From: an uncultured Verrucomicrobiae bacterium
Lineage (GTDB): Bacteria > Verrucomicrobiota > Verrucomicrobiia > Limisphaerales > UBA11358
Length of the DNA stretch: 64,000 bases
Assembly (NCBI GenBank): GCA_963802965.1
Contig: CAWDKS010000008.1
Location: 71,790 to 135,789 of the forward strand
Direction of reading: 5' to 3'
Every line of letters begins with the position of its first letter. Within the stretch, counting starts at the first letter, position 1. The notes under the pieces are model-generated. The model saw only the letters and a list, made by a program, of their open reading frames with translations. It was not told the DNA's origin and did no database searches. Made by a program: the position numbers and the translations under genes. This document shows, one piece after another, positions 1 to 8,757 of this stretch.

Positions 1-1
1 G

Positions 2-634
2 AAGATTCCCTGGGTGCGCATCACCGACCAGCAGGGCGTCGTCACGGTTTATCGCACGCCGAAATTCACCAATGACGTCTCCAAAATGGAAATCCGCAGG
101 ATGGACTGCATGGACTGCCACAATCGTCCTTCCCACCGCTACGTGCCGCCGGACCGCGCGGTGAATCTGGCGATGGAAGCCGGCCAGATTGACCGCACCA
201 TCCCGTGGATCAAGACCAACGCCGTCTATGTGCTCACCCGCAAATACAAGACTGACGACGAGGCGCGCGACGGCATCGCCACCCTGCTGGCGGCGAGTTA
301 TCCCGATGACCCGCGCATCCGCGGCGTGATTCCGGTGGTGCAAGGGATTTACAAAAACAATTTCTTCCCGCAGATGAAGGCCGACTGGAGCGTTTATCCC
401 GACAATGTCGGGCACATGCTCTGGCCCGGCTGTTTCCGCTGCCACGACGGCCAGCACAAGACCGGGGACGGCAAGCGGACCATCAAGGCCAACGACTGCA
501 ACGCCTGCCACACCATCCTCGCGCAGGGCAGCGGCGCGGAACTGGAACAATTGACGCCGGGGGGCCAGCCCTTCAAACATCCGGGCGGAGATTACGACCT
601 TTCCTGCTCCGATTGCCACACGGGCGGGCTGTAG
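2..634 (+). CDS. multiheme cytochrome c, C-terminal part (5' end runs off window)
   Basis: Frame is open from nt 2; four CxxCH heme motifs (CMDCH, CFRCH, CNACH, CSDCH) in listed ORF 14..634. Confidence 0.8.
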   Translation, partial: KIPWVRITDQQGVVTVYRTPKFTNDVSKMEIRRMDCMDCHNRPSHRYVPPDRAVNLAMEAGQIDRTIPWIKTNAVYVLTRKYKTDDEARDGIATLLAASYPDDPRIRGVIPVVQGIYKNNFFPQMKADWSVYPDNVGHMLWPGCFRCHDGQHKTGDGKRTIKANDCNACHTILAQGSGAELEQLTPGGQPFKHPGGDYDLSCSDCHTGGL

Positions 635-810
635 GTTGTTACTTCCCGGAAGAGACCGTCCGCTTTTTTATTACCGATGGGTGCAATCCATTGCACCTGC
701 CGCGCCCGGCCCACGCAGATATTTTGAATATAGGCAATATAGAGACACTATCTGGACAATTTATGGAAATTAGTTTTCAAAACCGTGCCCATGTGCGAGA
801 TTGAGGGGGT

Positions 811-1095
811 ATGGCAAAGGCAGGGCTTAATCCGGCATTGAAGGGACTGCGGGGGAAAGTGGGCGATCTGGTGTTCCGGCAGTTATACGGGAAGACGGTG
901 GTCAGCCGTGCCCCGGATTTTTCCCGGCGCAAATTAAGCGTGGCGCAACGGGCGCATTGCCGGCGGTTCGGGACAGCCGCGCAACAGGCCCGGCTCGCGT
1001 TGAAGGATCCCCGGCGCCGCGCCGGCTATGCCGCCAAGGCGAAGCGGCAAAACCGCCCATTGATCGCCGTGGCCATCAGCGATTGTTACCAGTAA
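811..1095 (+). CDS. hypothetical small basic protein
   Basis: 94-aa Arg/Lys-rich ORF with purine-rich GAGGGGG just upstream of ATG; no family recognised. Confidence 0.4.
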   Translation: MAKAGLNPALKGLRGKVGDLVFRQLYGKTVVSRAPDFSRRKLSVAQRAHCRRFGTAAQQARLALKDPRRRAGYAAKAKRQNRPLIAVAISDCYQ

Positions 1096-1210
1096 CCAAC
1101 CGCGGATAATACGGGGTTCACCCCGGTGTGCCGGTACAAACCTCACCCGCCGGCTAAACGATCACTGCAACTCGGATTTTAACCACGGATGAACACCGAT
1201 TAACACGGAT

Positions 1211-1858
1211 TCAAACCAGTGCCTGTTGAATCCGCCGCACGACTTTGTTCGGCCCGGCCTTTAGCCTTTGGCCTTTCTTGCCGCGCCGAAATCTAATGAA
1301 GGCGGGAGCCTTCAGCCTTGCCAAATCGCATTCCCAAATCCGAATCACGCGCCAGCCGCCCCGCCGCAAAGTGCGGTTCACAAGCCGGTCACGGGTTTTG
1401 TTGCCCGCCAATTTCTTTTTCCAGAAGGCATAATTGTTCCTCGGCTTGGTTGCGTGCCTGGGGCAGCCATGCCAGAAACAGCCGTCCACAAAGATTGCCG
1501 TGCGCGATTTGAGGAAAACAAAATCCGGTTTCACGCGAAAGGTAGGGCGCGTCACTTCCGCCGTCGCCTGGCTATGGCGGGACAGGCCGTGCGCGCCGCG
1601 TTTTGAGGTAGGGACATCGCGCTGCGATGTCCGCGACGCGTGCAGCGTCGCAACCGTTCCAGGCTTGTTCCGGCCCTGCACGGGCCGGTGACGCCGCAGC
1701 GCGGCATCCCTACCACGGATTTCGACATGTCGTCGCCAGCCTTTGATGCCGTGTCGCTTTAACAATTTTGCCAGCGCCAGTTCCGTGTCCTTGTTCCCGC
1801 GCCCGCGAATCCGTGACATGACTTCGGAACGTTTCCGTTTTGAAAAGACATCAGCCAT
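1211..1858 (-). CDS. Vsr-like very-short-patch-repair endonuclease paralog carrying a 59-aa internal insertion and a C-terminal extension
   Basis: N-terminus MADVFSKRKRSEVMSRIRG.. and core KPDFVF..AIFVDGCFWHGCPRHAT..FWKKKL..N..RD align residue-for-residue with the 139-aa Vsr at 3258..3677; extra segment lies between WRRH and KPDFVF. Confidence 0.75.
   Translation of the reverse strand: MADVFSKRKRSEVMSRIRGRGNKDTELALAKLLKRHGIKGWRRHVEIRGRDAALRRHRPVQGRNKPGTVATLHASRTSQRDVPTSKRGAHGLSRHSQATAEVTRPTFRVKPDFVFLKSRTAIFVDGCFWHGCPRHATKPRNNYAFWKKKLAGNKTRDRLVNRTLRRGGWRVIRIWECDLARLKAPAFIRFRRGKKGQRLKAGPNKVVRRIQQALV
1541..1717. repeat. repeat-derived in-frame insertion inside vsr paralog (GGTAGGG..CCCTACC hairpin-type sequences)
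   Basis: Segment absent from paralog 3258..3677; contains ggtagggacatcgcgctgcgatgtcc and gcggcatccctacc, related to ggtaggg-type hairpins at 48815-48866 and 59398-59440; boundaries approximate. Confidence 0.55.
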
Positions 1859-1963
1859 TCAGCCGGTTGAGGGTTGAGGGTTGAAGGTTGAGAGCCTCAG
1901 GCGCGACTTGCTGCGCCTCGGAAACATTGCCTCCTTTACGTCCGACGCAGAAGAGGTTACTTT

Positions 1964-2191
1964 ATGTCCGTTATGATCGTTCCACTCTCGAAAGTGCAGT
2001 TTCGTCGGGATGAAGACGGCGTGTGGATTGCCAAGTCCGCCCTGCTGCCCGGCTGCCACGCGCACGGGCGCGACCGGGGTGAAGCTGCGCTTAGATTCCA
2101 ACAGGCTGCCAAGGCACATCTGGAAGCATTGCTCGAAACCGGACGTCCCATTCCCGCCGCCTTCCGCGACAAATTCGTCCTCGCCGCCTGA
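1964..2191 (+). CDS. hicB: HicB-like antitoxin (UPF0150-type N-domain)
   Basis: DEDGVWIAKSALLPGCHAHGRDRGEAALRFQQAAKAHLEALLE matches the HicB pattern (..W.A..P.LPGC.A.G.T.EEA......A....LE). Confidence 0.65.
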   Translation: MSVMIVPLSKVQFRRDEDGVWIAKSALLPGCHAHGRDRGEAALRFQQAAKAHLEALLETGRPIPAAFRDKFVLAA

Positions 2192-2194
2192 CCT

Positions 2195-2350
2195 GTGGGC
2201 AAATATCCCTCTTGGAACTGCCGTCAGCTTGACCGTCGTCTGCGTGAGATTGGCTGCGAACTCCTTCGCACCACCGGGAGCCACCGGCGTTATCCAGTCC
2301 TACATCGACATCTATCTGGTCAAGTGGTAAAAACTTTGTCGCGTGGCTAA
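2195..2350 (+). CDS. hicA: short HicA-like toxin candidate (51 codons, GTG start; below ORF-track cutoff)
   Basis: My translation: VGKYPSWNCRQLDRRLREIGCELLRTTGSHRRYPVLHRHLSGQVVKTLSRG*; L..LG....R..GSH..Y core is HicA-like; starts 4 nt after hicB stop; shorter than typical HicA. Confidence 0.4.
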   Translation: MGKYPSWNCRQLDRRLREIGCELLRTTGSHRRYPVLHRHLSGQVVKTLSRG

Positions 2351-3236
2351 TGCAGTTTTTACAACGAAAGTAAATCCGGTCTACGATGATCTGCCGGAGA
2401 TTCGTTACCACTTTCCTTCGACATATCTTAATCAGGCCAAACAAGCAGTGGGGAATTTGATTGTATATTATGAACCACGGCGTGAAAGCTCGGATCTATC
2501 TGGCCGGGCGGGCCGCCAGTGCTATTTTGCAACTGCACGGGTCGTGAAAATCGAGCCGGACCGGGGAAGGCGCGATCATTACTATGCATACCTGACAGAT
2601 TACCTCGAATTTACAAAACCTGTCCCTTTCAAGGCAGGAAACAACTATCCTGAAGCTGGGCTGCGGAAGGCGGATGGGTCGACAAACAAAGGACGCTTTG
2701 GCCGGTCAATACGGATAATTTCGCCCCAGGAATTTCAAGCGATTTGCCGACTTGGATTTGCAGATGCGGCAAAACCTCCCGAAAAGGAGCAACCCGTTGA
2801 AGCGTTCGCGGAAGAACCGTTGGAATATGGAGGTCCTAGACAGATGCAAATTATGGAGAGACCTTTCCGGGACAGAGTGTTTACTCGTGTGATTCAAGAA
2901 GCATATGATAATACCTGTGCAATGACCGGCCTCAAACTCATCAACGGTGGAGGGCGTTGTGAGATTGAAGCTGCCCATATCAAGCCGGTGGCCGATGACG
3001 GTCCAGATTCACCGCGTAACGGTATCGCACTGTCGCGTACCATCCATTGGATGTTTGACAAACACTTCCTTTCAATTTCGGACTCAGGTAATATCTTAGT
3101 TGCCAAGAAATATGTTCCGGACCCGATTCGCCGTCTGTTAAATCAAGATGGTCAGGTTAAGTTTCCATCTTCCTCGGCATGGCAGCCGCATAAGGTCTTT
3201 TTGCATTACCATCAAAACCTTTTTAAAGGCGACTGA
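2343..3236 (+). CDS. HNH endonuclease with ~170-aa N-terminal domain (putative restriction endonuclease, possibly modification-dependent)
   Basis: C-terminal HNH motif EAAHIKPVADDGPDSPRNGIALSRTIHWMFDKHFLSI; N-terminal YHFPSTYL..VYYEPRR..YFATARV architecture recalled from COG3440-like putative restriction enzymes (from memory). Confidence 0.75.
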   Translation: MANAVFTTKVNPVYDDLPEIRYHFPSTYLNQAKQAVGNLIVYYEPRRESSDLSGRAGRQCYFATARVVKIEPDRGRRDHYYAYLTDYLEFTKPVPFKAGNNYPEAGLRKADGSTNKGRFGRSIRIISPQEFQAICRLGFADAAKPPEKEQPVEAFAEEPLEYGGPRQMQIMERPFRDRVFTRVIQEAYDNTCAMTGLKLINGGGRCEIEAAHIKPVADDGPDSPRNGIALSRTIHWMFDKHFLSISDSGNILVAKKYVPDPIRRLLNQDGQVKFPSSSAWQPHKVFLHYHQNLFKGD

Positions 3237-3257
3237 TTTGTTTTAGAAGCATTCCAT

Positions 3258-3677
3258 TCAGGCCGGCAAGTCGAGGTGGTGACAAATTCGTCGGAGCAAA
3301 CGGGCTTCATTTTTAAGAACCAGTTCATGTTGCCAAATCCTCAATATAGCCCACCCACGTTGTCGGAGCGTGCGGTTCACAATTCGGTCACGGTTCTTGT
3401 TGCGGGCGAGTTTCTTCCGCCAAAACGCTCTGTTGGTTGCTGGCTGTGTCGCGTGTCGAGGGCAACCATGCCAAAAGCAGCCATCCACAAAAATTGCAAG
3501 TTTGATTTTTGGAAAAACGAAATCGGGTTTGCCAAAGACCGATTGGTGACGCCTCCAGCCTGTAAGTTTGTGTCGTCGCAGGACGTTCAAAAGCGCAAGT
3601 TCGGTCCGTTCGTTTCCATGGCCACGCACGCGTGCCATGATGGCGGAACGTTTTGGTTTGGAGAAAACATCAGCCAT
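3258..3677 (-). CDS. vsr: very short patch repair endonuclease Vsr
   Basis: 139 aa; KPDFVFPK..AIFVDGCFWHGCPRHAT..FWRKKL.RN..RD..V...L...GW..LRIW; ATG abuts TAA of upstream exonuclease gene. Confidence 0.9.
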   Translation of the reverse strand: MADVFSKPKRSAIMARVRGHGNERTELALLNVLRRHKLTGWRRHQSVFGKPDFVFPKIKLAIFVDGCFWHGCPRHATQPATNRAFWRKKLARNKNRDRIVNRTLRQRGWAILRIWQHELVLKNEARLLRRICHHLDLPA

Positions 3678-4247
3678 TTATGACGGAAGAACCCCTGTAA
3701 AAACTGGGGTCGGAAGAGTGGTATAGTTTGGCACAAGCTGTTGCCACATTTTAACGACTGCTTCAGCGAGAAGGCCAACGTCTCCGCGAGCGTCATGTCG
3801 TCGGTACCCGGATGTACTCAGACGGAGGCGTTCCAAAACGGCATCCAGACCGTGCCGCCTAGATGATTGCCAGACCTGTTTTGAAAGATTAATCGAATCG
3901 ACATATCCGATCGAACGAGTCGGAAGTTTACTTTTCGAGCACGCTGCACGTATGAAAGGCATATCGAAACGGTGTCCGTTATGAGCAAGAAGGATATTGT
4001 TACCGACAAAATGGGAGAAATCAGCGAGCGCAAAGGATGCCGGCGGCGCATTACAAACATGTCGATCGGAGATGCCGGTGTAAGAAGTAATAAATGATGG
4101 GATTCGACAGCCTGGATTTACGAAGGTGGAGAACGCTTCAGTGTGTGAGATCGCTCCGGATTTCACGCGAACCGCTGCAATCTGAATTATGTCATTCGCG
4201 GTCGGCGAAAGTCCTGTCGTTTCAAGATCGAAGATCACCAAATCCAT
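3678..4247 (-). CDS. DnaQ-like DEDDh 3'-5' exonuclease
   Basis: ExoI FDLETTG, ExoII LLAHNGHRFDMPFI, ExoIII HDARGDV; starts 6 nt after helicase-nuclease stop. Confidence 0.85.
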   Translation of the reverse strand: MDLVIFDLETTGLSPTANDIIQIAAVRVKSGAISHTEAFSTFVNPGCRIPSFITSYTGISDRHVCNAPPASFALADFSHFVGNNILLAHNGHRFDMPFIRAACSKSKLPTRSIGYVDSINLSKQVWQSSRRHGLDAVLERLRLSTSGYRRHDARGDVGLLAEAVVKMWQQLVPNYTTLPTPVFTGVLPS

Positions 4248-4253
4248 ACACTA

Positions 4254-5336
4254 CTACGCTCCCGGCCTCGCCTTTTTGTGGGTGACCGCCTCTTTCTGAC
4301 CGCAGATTCCGACAAAATCACATCTAGGGCATCGATGTTTGCCTTCTGCGTTCGCCTTCGGCCCCACGTTGAATTTGCGGTCCCGGATTTCGGCGGCAGT
4401 CTTCGCAACACGACTTTGCGCAGCCTCAAGGTGAGATTTGTCCAACGGCACGCGAAGTTCTCGTTTCTCATCCTGCTTTGCGTCCAGGTATCGAACCAAC
4501 CCGGCTTCCGGTTCGTATTCCAATTCCTTCTTGGCGGCGAGCGCATAAATCGCCACCTGCAGCTTCATTTCCTCCTCATCCAGCTTCATGTGCTTATCGG
4601 ACTCCGGATCGCCTGACTTAAAATCAACGAGTGTCACCCGAGGAGGATCATCGCGCCGTACAATATCAATTGCGCCTGAAACTAGCGCACCCCCGTCCTT
4701 GTCCGGATACTCGACTAGCGTTTCAAATGATTTTTCTGGCTCGAATGTCAAATCCTTCAATTCTCCGGCGAAGCGTTCGACATAATCTGCAACGACTTGG
4801 ATTCCTTTTTTCCACATGTTTTTTGCCGGGTCACCAGTCGTGTAGCGCAAATAAAAAAGTCCGCGGTCGATCTGCTTTTGAATTTCCGCTTCAAGTATTT
4901 TCCGGTCGTTAGCCAACTCAGCCCAGCGCTGTGGGGCGGAATGAATCGCCCGCATCAAATTATGGATGCCGCGTCCGTAACCGAAAGCCTGGTCAATTGT
5001 CGGCGCGAAGCCCATGACTTTTCTGAGATAAAAATCGTGAGGGCAAGCCAGATAGTAACGGAGATCAGAAAACGAAGTAGCGAGCTGCACGTTTCGCATG
5101 TGTTCCTTGGGCGCGTATTTGAGTTCGCGTAACAGAGCCGCGGAATCATTTGTGACGCGACCACCGGACTCCCCAATTATTTGAGAAAGCCCTGGTATAG
5201 CTGGAGTCGTTCTGGTCTTTTTTACGCCTTGAATGAATCGCGAAACCTTGTTGCCCGAATAACTGACAAAGAGAAACCGTTCTGCGCGCGTAAGAGCAAC
5301 GTACATCAAGCGGCGCTCTCCATCGTGGTTCTCCGT
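4254..5336 (-). pseudogene. UvrD-family helicase-nuclease, C-terminal fragment (helicase motif VI plus Cas4/AddB-type PD-(D/E)XK Fe-S nuclease)
   Basis: GERRLMYVALTRAERFLFVSY (motif VI); nuclease: CPHDFY, GRGIH, AIDIV..LVDFKSG, QVAIYALA, CPRCDFVGIC (4 Cys). Confidence 0.85.
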
Positions 5337-6924
5337 TCGTTTACCCGAATCTCACCCCCCGATTGAACTTGGCGAGGCCGAAGCGGAATGGTGCAAAAAG
5401 GCCGAACTACTTACAGAAGTTGGTACTTCGGATGAAACGAAGGCGTTCGCCGTCTCCGCCGCCCGCTACTACGCGTATTTGCGCTGCCGCCGATTTCTGG
5501 ATTTTAGCACGTCACAGGGAGAGTTCATCCGCCGCCTGGAGGCCGACAAAGAAAAGCGGAAGGAATTGCAGAAATCAAATATTCATCTCGTTGTTGACGA
5601 AGTACAAGATATCAACCCGATTCAAATGCAACTCATCCGTCTTTTAACCGATGAATCAGGCAAGCTCACATCCGTCGGCGACCATCGGCAGTCAATTTAC
5701 GGCTTTCGCGGCGCCAAGGTGGAGTTGATCGCCGAACTGTGGGAAGAATTCAAAAAGGACAAGGACGCCGAAGTTGTTGATTTGCAGGAAAACTTCCGCT
5801 CCACGGGACGGGTCATTGATGTTGCGAACAAATGGGCGGAAACAATTGGAACGGTCGGGGCGATGGAAACGCTCGGGATGAAACATGGAAACAAACATCG
5901 GACGGATCACCACCCTTCGCATGTCGCGTTGATAGGTTTCGACGAACGCGTTGATGAAGCACGGTGGATTTCAGAAGCCATTCGCGAAATCGTCCCGACC
6001 GAGGCGCAAGGAGCGCTGCACGATAAGCGCGACGGTAAATATCGCGGCCTAACTCTTTCTGATGTCGCCATTTTGGTTCGTTCATCCACGGACGTTCGGA
6101 CATATATGCGAGTTCTGGAGGAAGCAGGCATCCCCTCAATTGTCCGGGCAGGCCCGGACCTTTTTTCACAGCCTGAAGTTCTGTTTTTCATCGGCGCAAT
6201 TGGCATCACTGCAGGCGTTGACGAATTTTGGGGCTCAAGCATTGGCAATAAAAGTCTACCAAAACGAATCGAAGCTGTTCTCGAATGTGCGCCCGCGCCA
6301 GAAACTGTTCTTCGCGCAGCGGCCAGACAACTGCGAAAATCCCAACTGTCAGTGAGTCGCGAGGTGGAAGATAGAACAGTTCTGGCCGCCTCGATGATTC
6401 GCGATCGAATCGGCGGTAAATCATTCCACCAAAGCCAAACCAAGATTTTGAGAACGGAAGGCCTGCGAGATTTTCTTGAACGGAAACCGGAACTGCGCCG
6501 GCTTTTTCCGCAGCAACTTTTTCATTGGTTGCTTTCGGAAGCGGAAGTGGAAAACTGGGACACGTGCGAAGGTCGCGGGCAGGCGGCAATGTTTCATCTT
6601 GGCGCTTTGAGTGGACTCATCACCGGAATCGAGACGCCCGGCTGGACAAATACGAAGTCCTACAAGTGGCAAGTCATCGGTCTTTGCCAGTATGGCGCAG
6701 AAGATGGCCGCGTGAAGGAGCAGCCGCTCATGGTGCAACCGGAGGCCGTCACCATCAGCACAATCCATGCGGTCAAGGGACTAGAGTTTCCGGCAGTGTT
6801 TCTGGCCGACGTGAAAGCATTACGATTTCCTAGCAGCATGGCCACTCGTGGAGTAAATCTTCCCCTTGGACTAAAGATTTCGAAAGAAATCAATATAGAT
6901 GGCCTTTCCGATAATGAGAAACGA
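5337..6924 (+). pseudogene. same helicase gene, central fragment (motifs II-V) in inverted orientation
   Basis: Read on the plus strand: LVVDEVQDINPIQ (II), GDHRQSIYGFRGA (III), ENFRSTGRVI (IV), TISTIHAVKGLEFPAVFLADV (V); bounded by TCGTTT 5337-5342 / AAACGA 6919-6924. Confidence 0.85.
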
Positions 6925-7457
6925 TTGTGTTCTTGAAGTTGATCGTAGGCTTGTGTGAACTGCTCAAAGGTCTCCCCCTGGCCAGCATCGGAACCGTTAT
7001 TGTGTTTCGGCAATGCGGCACGCAAAGCATTCAACGCCAGCAGCCCATTGAATCCTCGGAGTATCAACGCCGCCCGCGCGCCCTCGTCCAAAATGTCGTA
7101 GTTGTGATAATCGTCGGGCCAAAACTCCCTGATCTTGGCTAGACAGTAACCGTGGATCGTGCCGATATACATCCCACCGAGAGAAACATCTTCTCCTGCT
7201 GGAGTAACTTTACCGATCCAAGAGCGGATACGGAATTTCATTTCCTCCGCGGCACGTTCGGTGAACGTAAAGGCCACAATTTGGTCCTTTTCCACCTTCT
7301 CGACACCGACCCACCAAGCAATCCTGCGCGCCATTACTTCGGTTTTGCCAGATCCAGCGCCCGCAACCACTAATACGCGGCGTTTTGATGACTGAATAGC
7401 CAGTTTTTGATTCTTCGTCAGGTTATCATCAAGCAGTATTTCTTGAATCCTCGGCAT
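6925..7457 (-). pseudogene. same helicase gene, N-terminal fragment (motifs Q, I, Ia)
   Basis: MPRIQEILLDDNLTKNQKLAI.., VLVVAGAGSGKTEVM (I), AFTFTERAAEEM (Ia), GTIHGYC; AAGGA SD 13 nt after MTase stop. Confidence 0.85.
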
Positions 7458-7470
7458 ACAGTCCTTTCGA

Positions 7471-8490
7471 TTAACCCACGAATTTCCGAATCTGCCTAGC
7501 TTGTCTTCGGATGAACTCCGGCGGCAGCGCATTGCCTATCATTTGTGCGGTGGGAAACTTTCCGCGTGCGAGTGAGAAGAAATAATTTGGCGGAAAAGTC
7601 TGGAGTAGCGCTGCCTCGCGGAGCGTGATGGTGCGATTTTTTGTCGGATGTAAGAATCGGCCCTTTGACGGATTTACACAACCGCCCGTTATCGTCGGTG
7701 AAACGTCATCCCATGACATACGACCATAAACGTCTTTGAATCCGTCACATCTTCGGTGACAATCGAGCTGGTGCCTCGCACCCATATCAAGCCGACTGCC
7801 GCCGTTCTTTGGGATGCGCTGGATGAGTTGCTTCACTTTCTTACTCCGCGACTCCGGCAGATTGTGCAGCGGGTCGCGTCGCGAAAAACGCTTGGTCAGT
7901 TTGGCAAACGTTTCACGCACGGTTCGGACACGGCGAGCAGCAGTTCCGAAGGGGATTTCCGCGCCTTGACCCGCCAGGAGAATGAAACGGCGTCGGCGTT
8001 GTGGTACGCCATAGTGCCGGGCGTCTTTGACCGCAGCATTTACCGTGTAGCCAAGCTGCTTCAATGCAGCCTTAAATTTTGGCAAACGGGCGTTGTCCGC
8101 CAAACCTGGCACATTCTCCATCATAACTGCTTTGGGACGAAGGCCTCGAATCAGACGGAGAAAATCGAAAACCAAGTCGTTTTGCTCGTCCCGCACACGG
8201 CGTGCGCCGTTAAGTCGTCGCATAGCGCTGAACCCCTGACACGGCGGACAGCCAGCCAAGAGGTCGAGGTCTCCGCGATTGAAGCCAAGTGCCTTTAGAA
8301 TTTGGGGCGTTGTGAGTTTACGGATGTCTTGCCGCCAAAGATAAACCTCGGAATGATTTACGCTGTAGGTGTCCGCTGCCAGCGAATCAATTTCCACTGC
8401 ACCAACAACTTTAAATCCAGCGCGCTTGAGACCCAACGTCAGGCCGCCACAACCCGAAAACAAATCTATGGCTCTTGGTTTCTTCTTCAC
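7471..8490 (-). CDS. dcm: DNA (cytosine-5) methyltransferase
   Basis: Motif I DLFSGCGG, IV GCPPCQGFS, VI MENVPGL, VIII QRRRRFIL, X GNALPPEF; GTG start overlaps upstream stop (GTGA). Confidence 0.92.
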   Translation of the reverse strand: MKKKPRAIDLFSGCGGLTLGLKRAGFKVVGAVEIDSLAADTYSVNHSEVYLWRQDIRKLTTPQILKALGFNRGDLDLLAGCPPCQGFSAMRRLNGARRVRDEQNDLVFDFLRLIRGLRPKAVMMENVPGLADNARLPKFKAALKQLGYTVNAAVKDARHYGVPQRRRRFILLAGQGAEIPFGTAARRVRTVRETFAKLTKRFSRRDPLHNLPESRSKKVKQLIQRIPKNGGSRLDMGARHQLDCHRRCDGFKDVYGRMSWDDVSPTITGGCVNPSKGRFLHPTKNRTITLREAALLQTFPPNYFFSLARGKFPTAQMIGNALPPEFIRRQARQIRKFVG

Positions 8491-8714
8491 ACGTCCACTC
8501 TTTTGCAGAGTTCCGAGATGGAAATCTTGAGAGCCTTGGCAATACGGGCAACGTTTTTGATGCCGGGGTTACGTTTTCCGCATTCGATGCCGCTGATGTA
8601 GGTCTGGTCGAGGTCGGACTTTTCGGCGAGCAATTCCTGTGAAAAATCCAATTTTTCACGACGCCGACGAACGTTTCGCCCTAGAGCCATCAAAACAGGA
8701 TGTCGTTTTGGCAT
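8487..8714 (-). CDS. XRE-family HTH regulator (controller/C-protein-like)
   Basis: 75 aa; LGRNVRRRREKLDFSQELLAEKSDLDQTYISGIECGKRNPGIKNVARIAKAL; first gene of the MTase operon. Confidence 0.8.
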   Translation of the reverse strand: MPKRHPVLMALGRNVRRRREKLDFSQELLAEKSDLDQTYISGIECGKRNPGIKNVARIAKALKISISELCKRVDV

Positions 8715-8719
8715 GACTC

Positions 8720-8757
8720 ATAGTCTATAGGCGCGTCCAAAAATAATTATGGACTAT
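8720..8757 (-). promoter_or_regulatory. candidate operator (C-box-like nested inverted repeats) just upstream of the HTH gene
   Basis: ATAGTC (8720-8725)/GACTAT (8752-8757) and GTCCA (8735-8739)/TGGAC (8750-8754) in an AT-rich leader. Confidence 0.3.

Noticed and set aside
5337-6924. Interpreting the inverted helicase segment as a programmed invertase- or shufflon-type switch.
   Set aside because: The inverted repeats are only 6 bp. No site-specific recombinase gene or longer recombination sites are present in the window. The idea is kept only as an untested alternative in the finding.
5479-6936. Treating plus-strand ORF 5479..6936 as an independent helicase gene convergent with its neighbours.
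   Set aside because: It has only motifs II-V. The missing motifs I/Ia and VI lie immediately adjacent on the other strand, and the frames join exactly after flipping. It is a fragment of the minus-strand gene.
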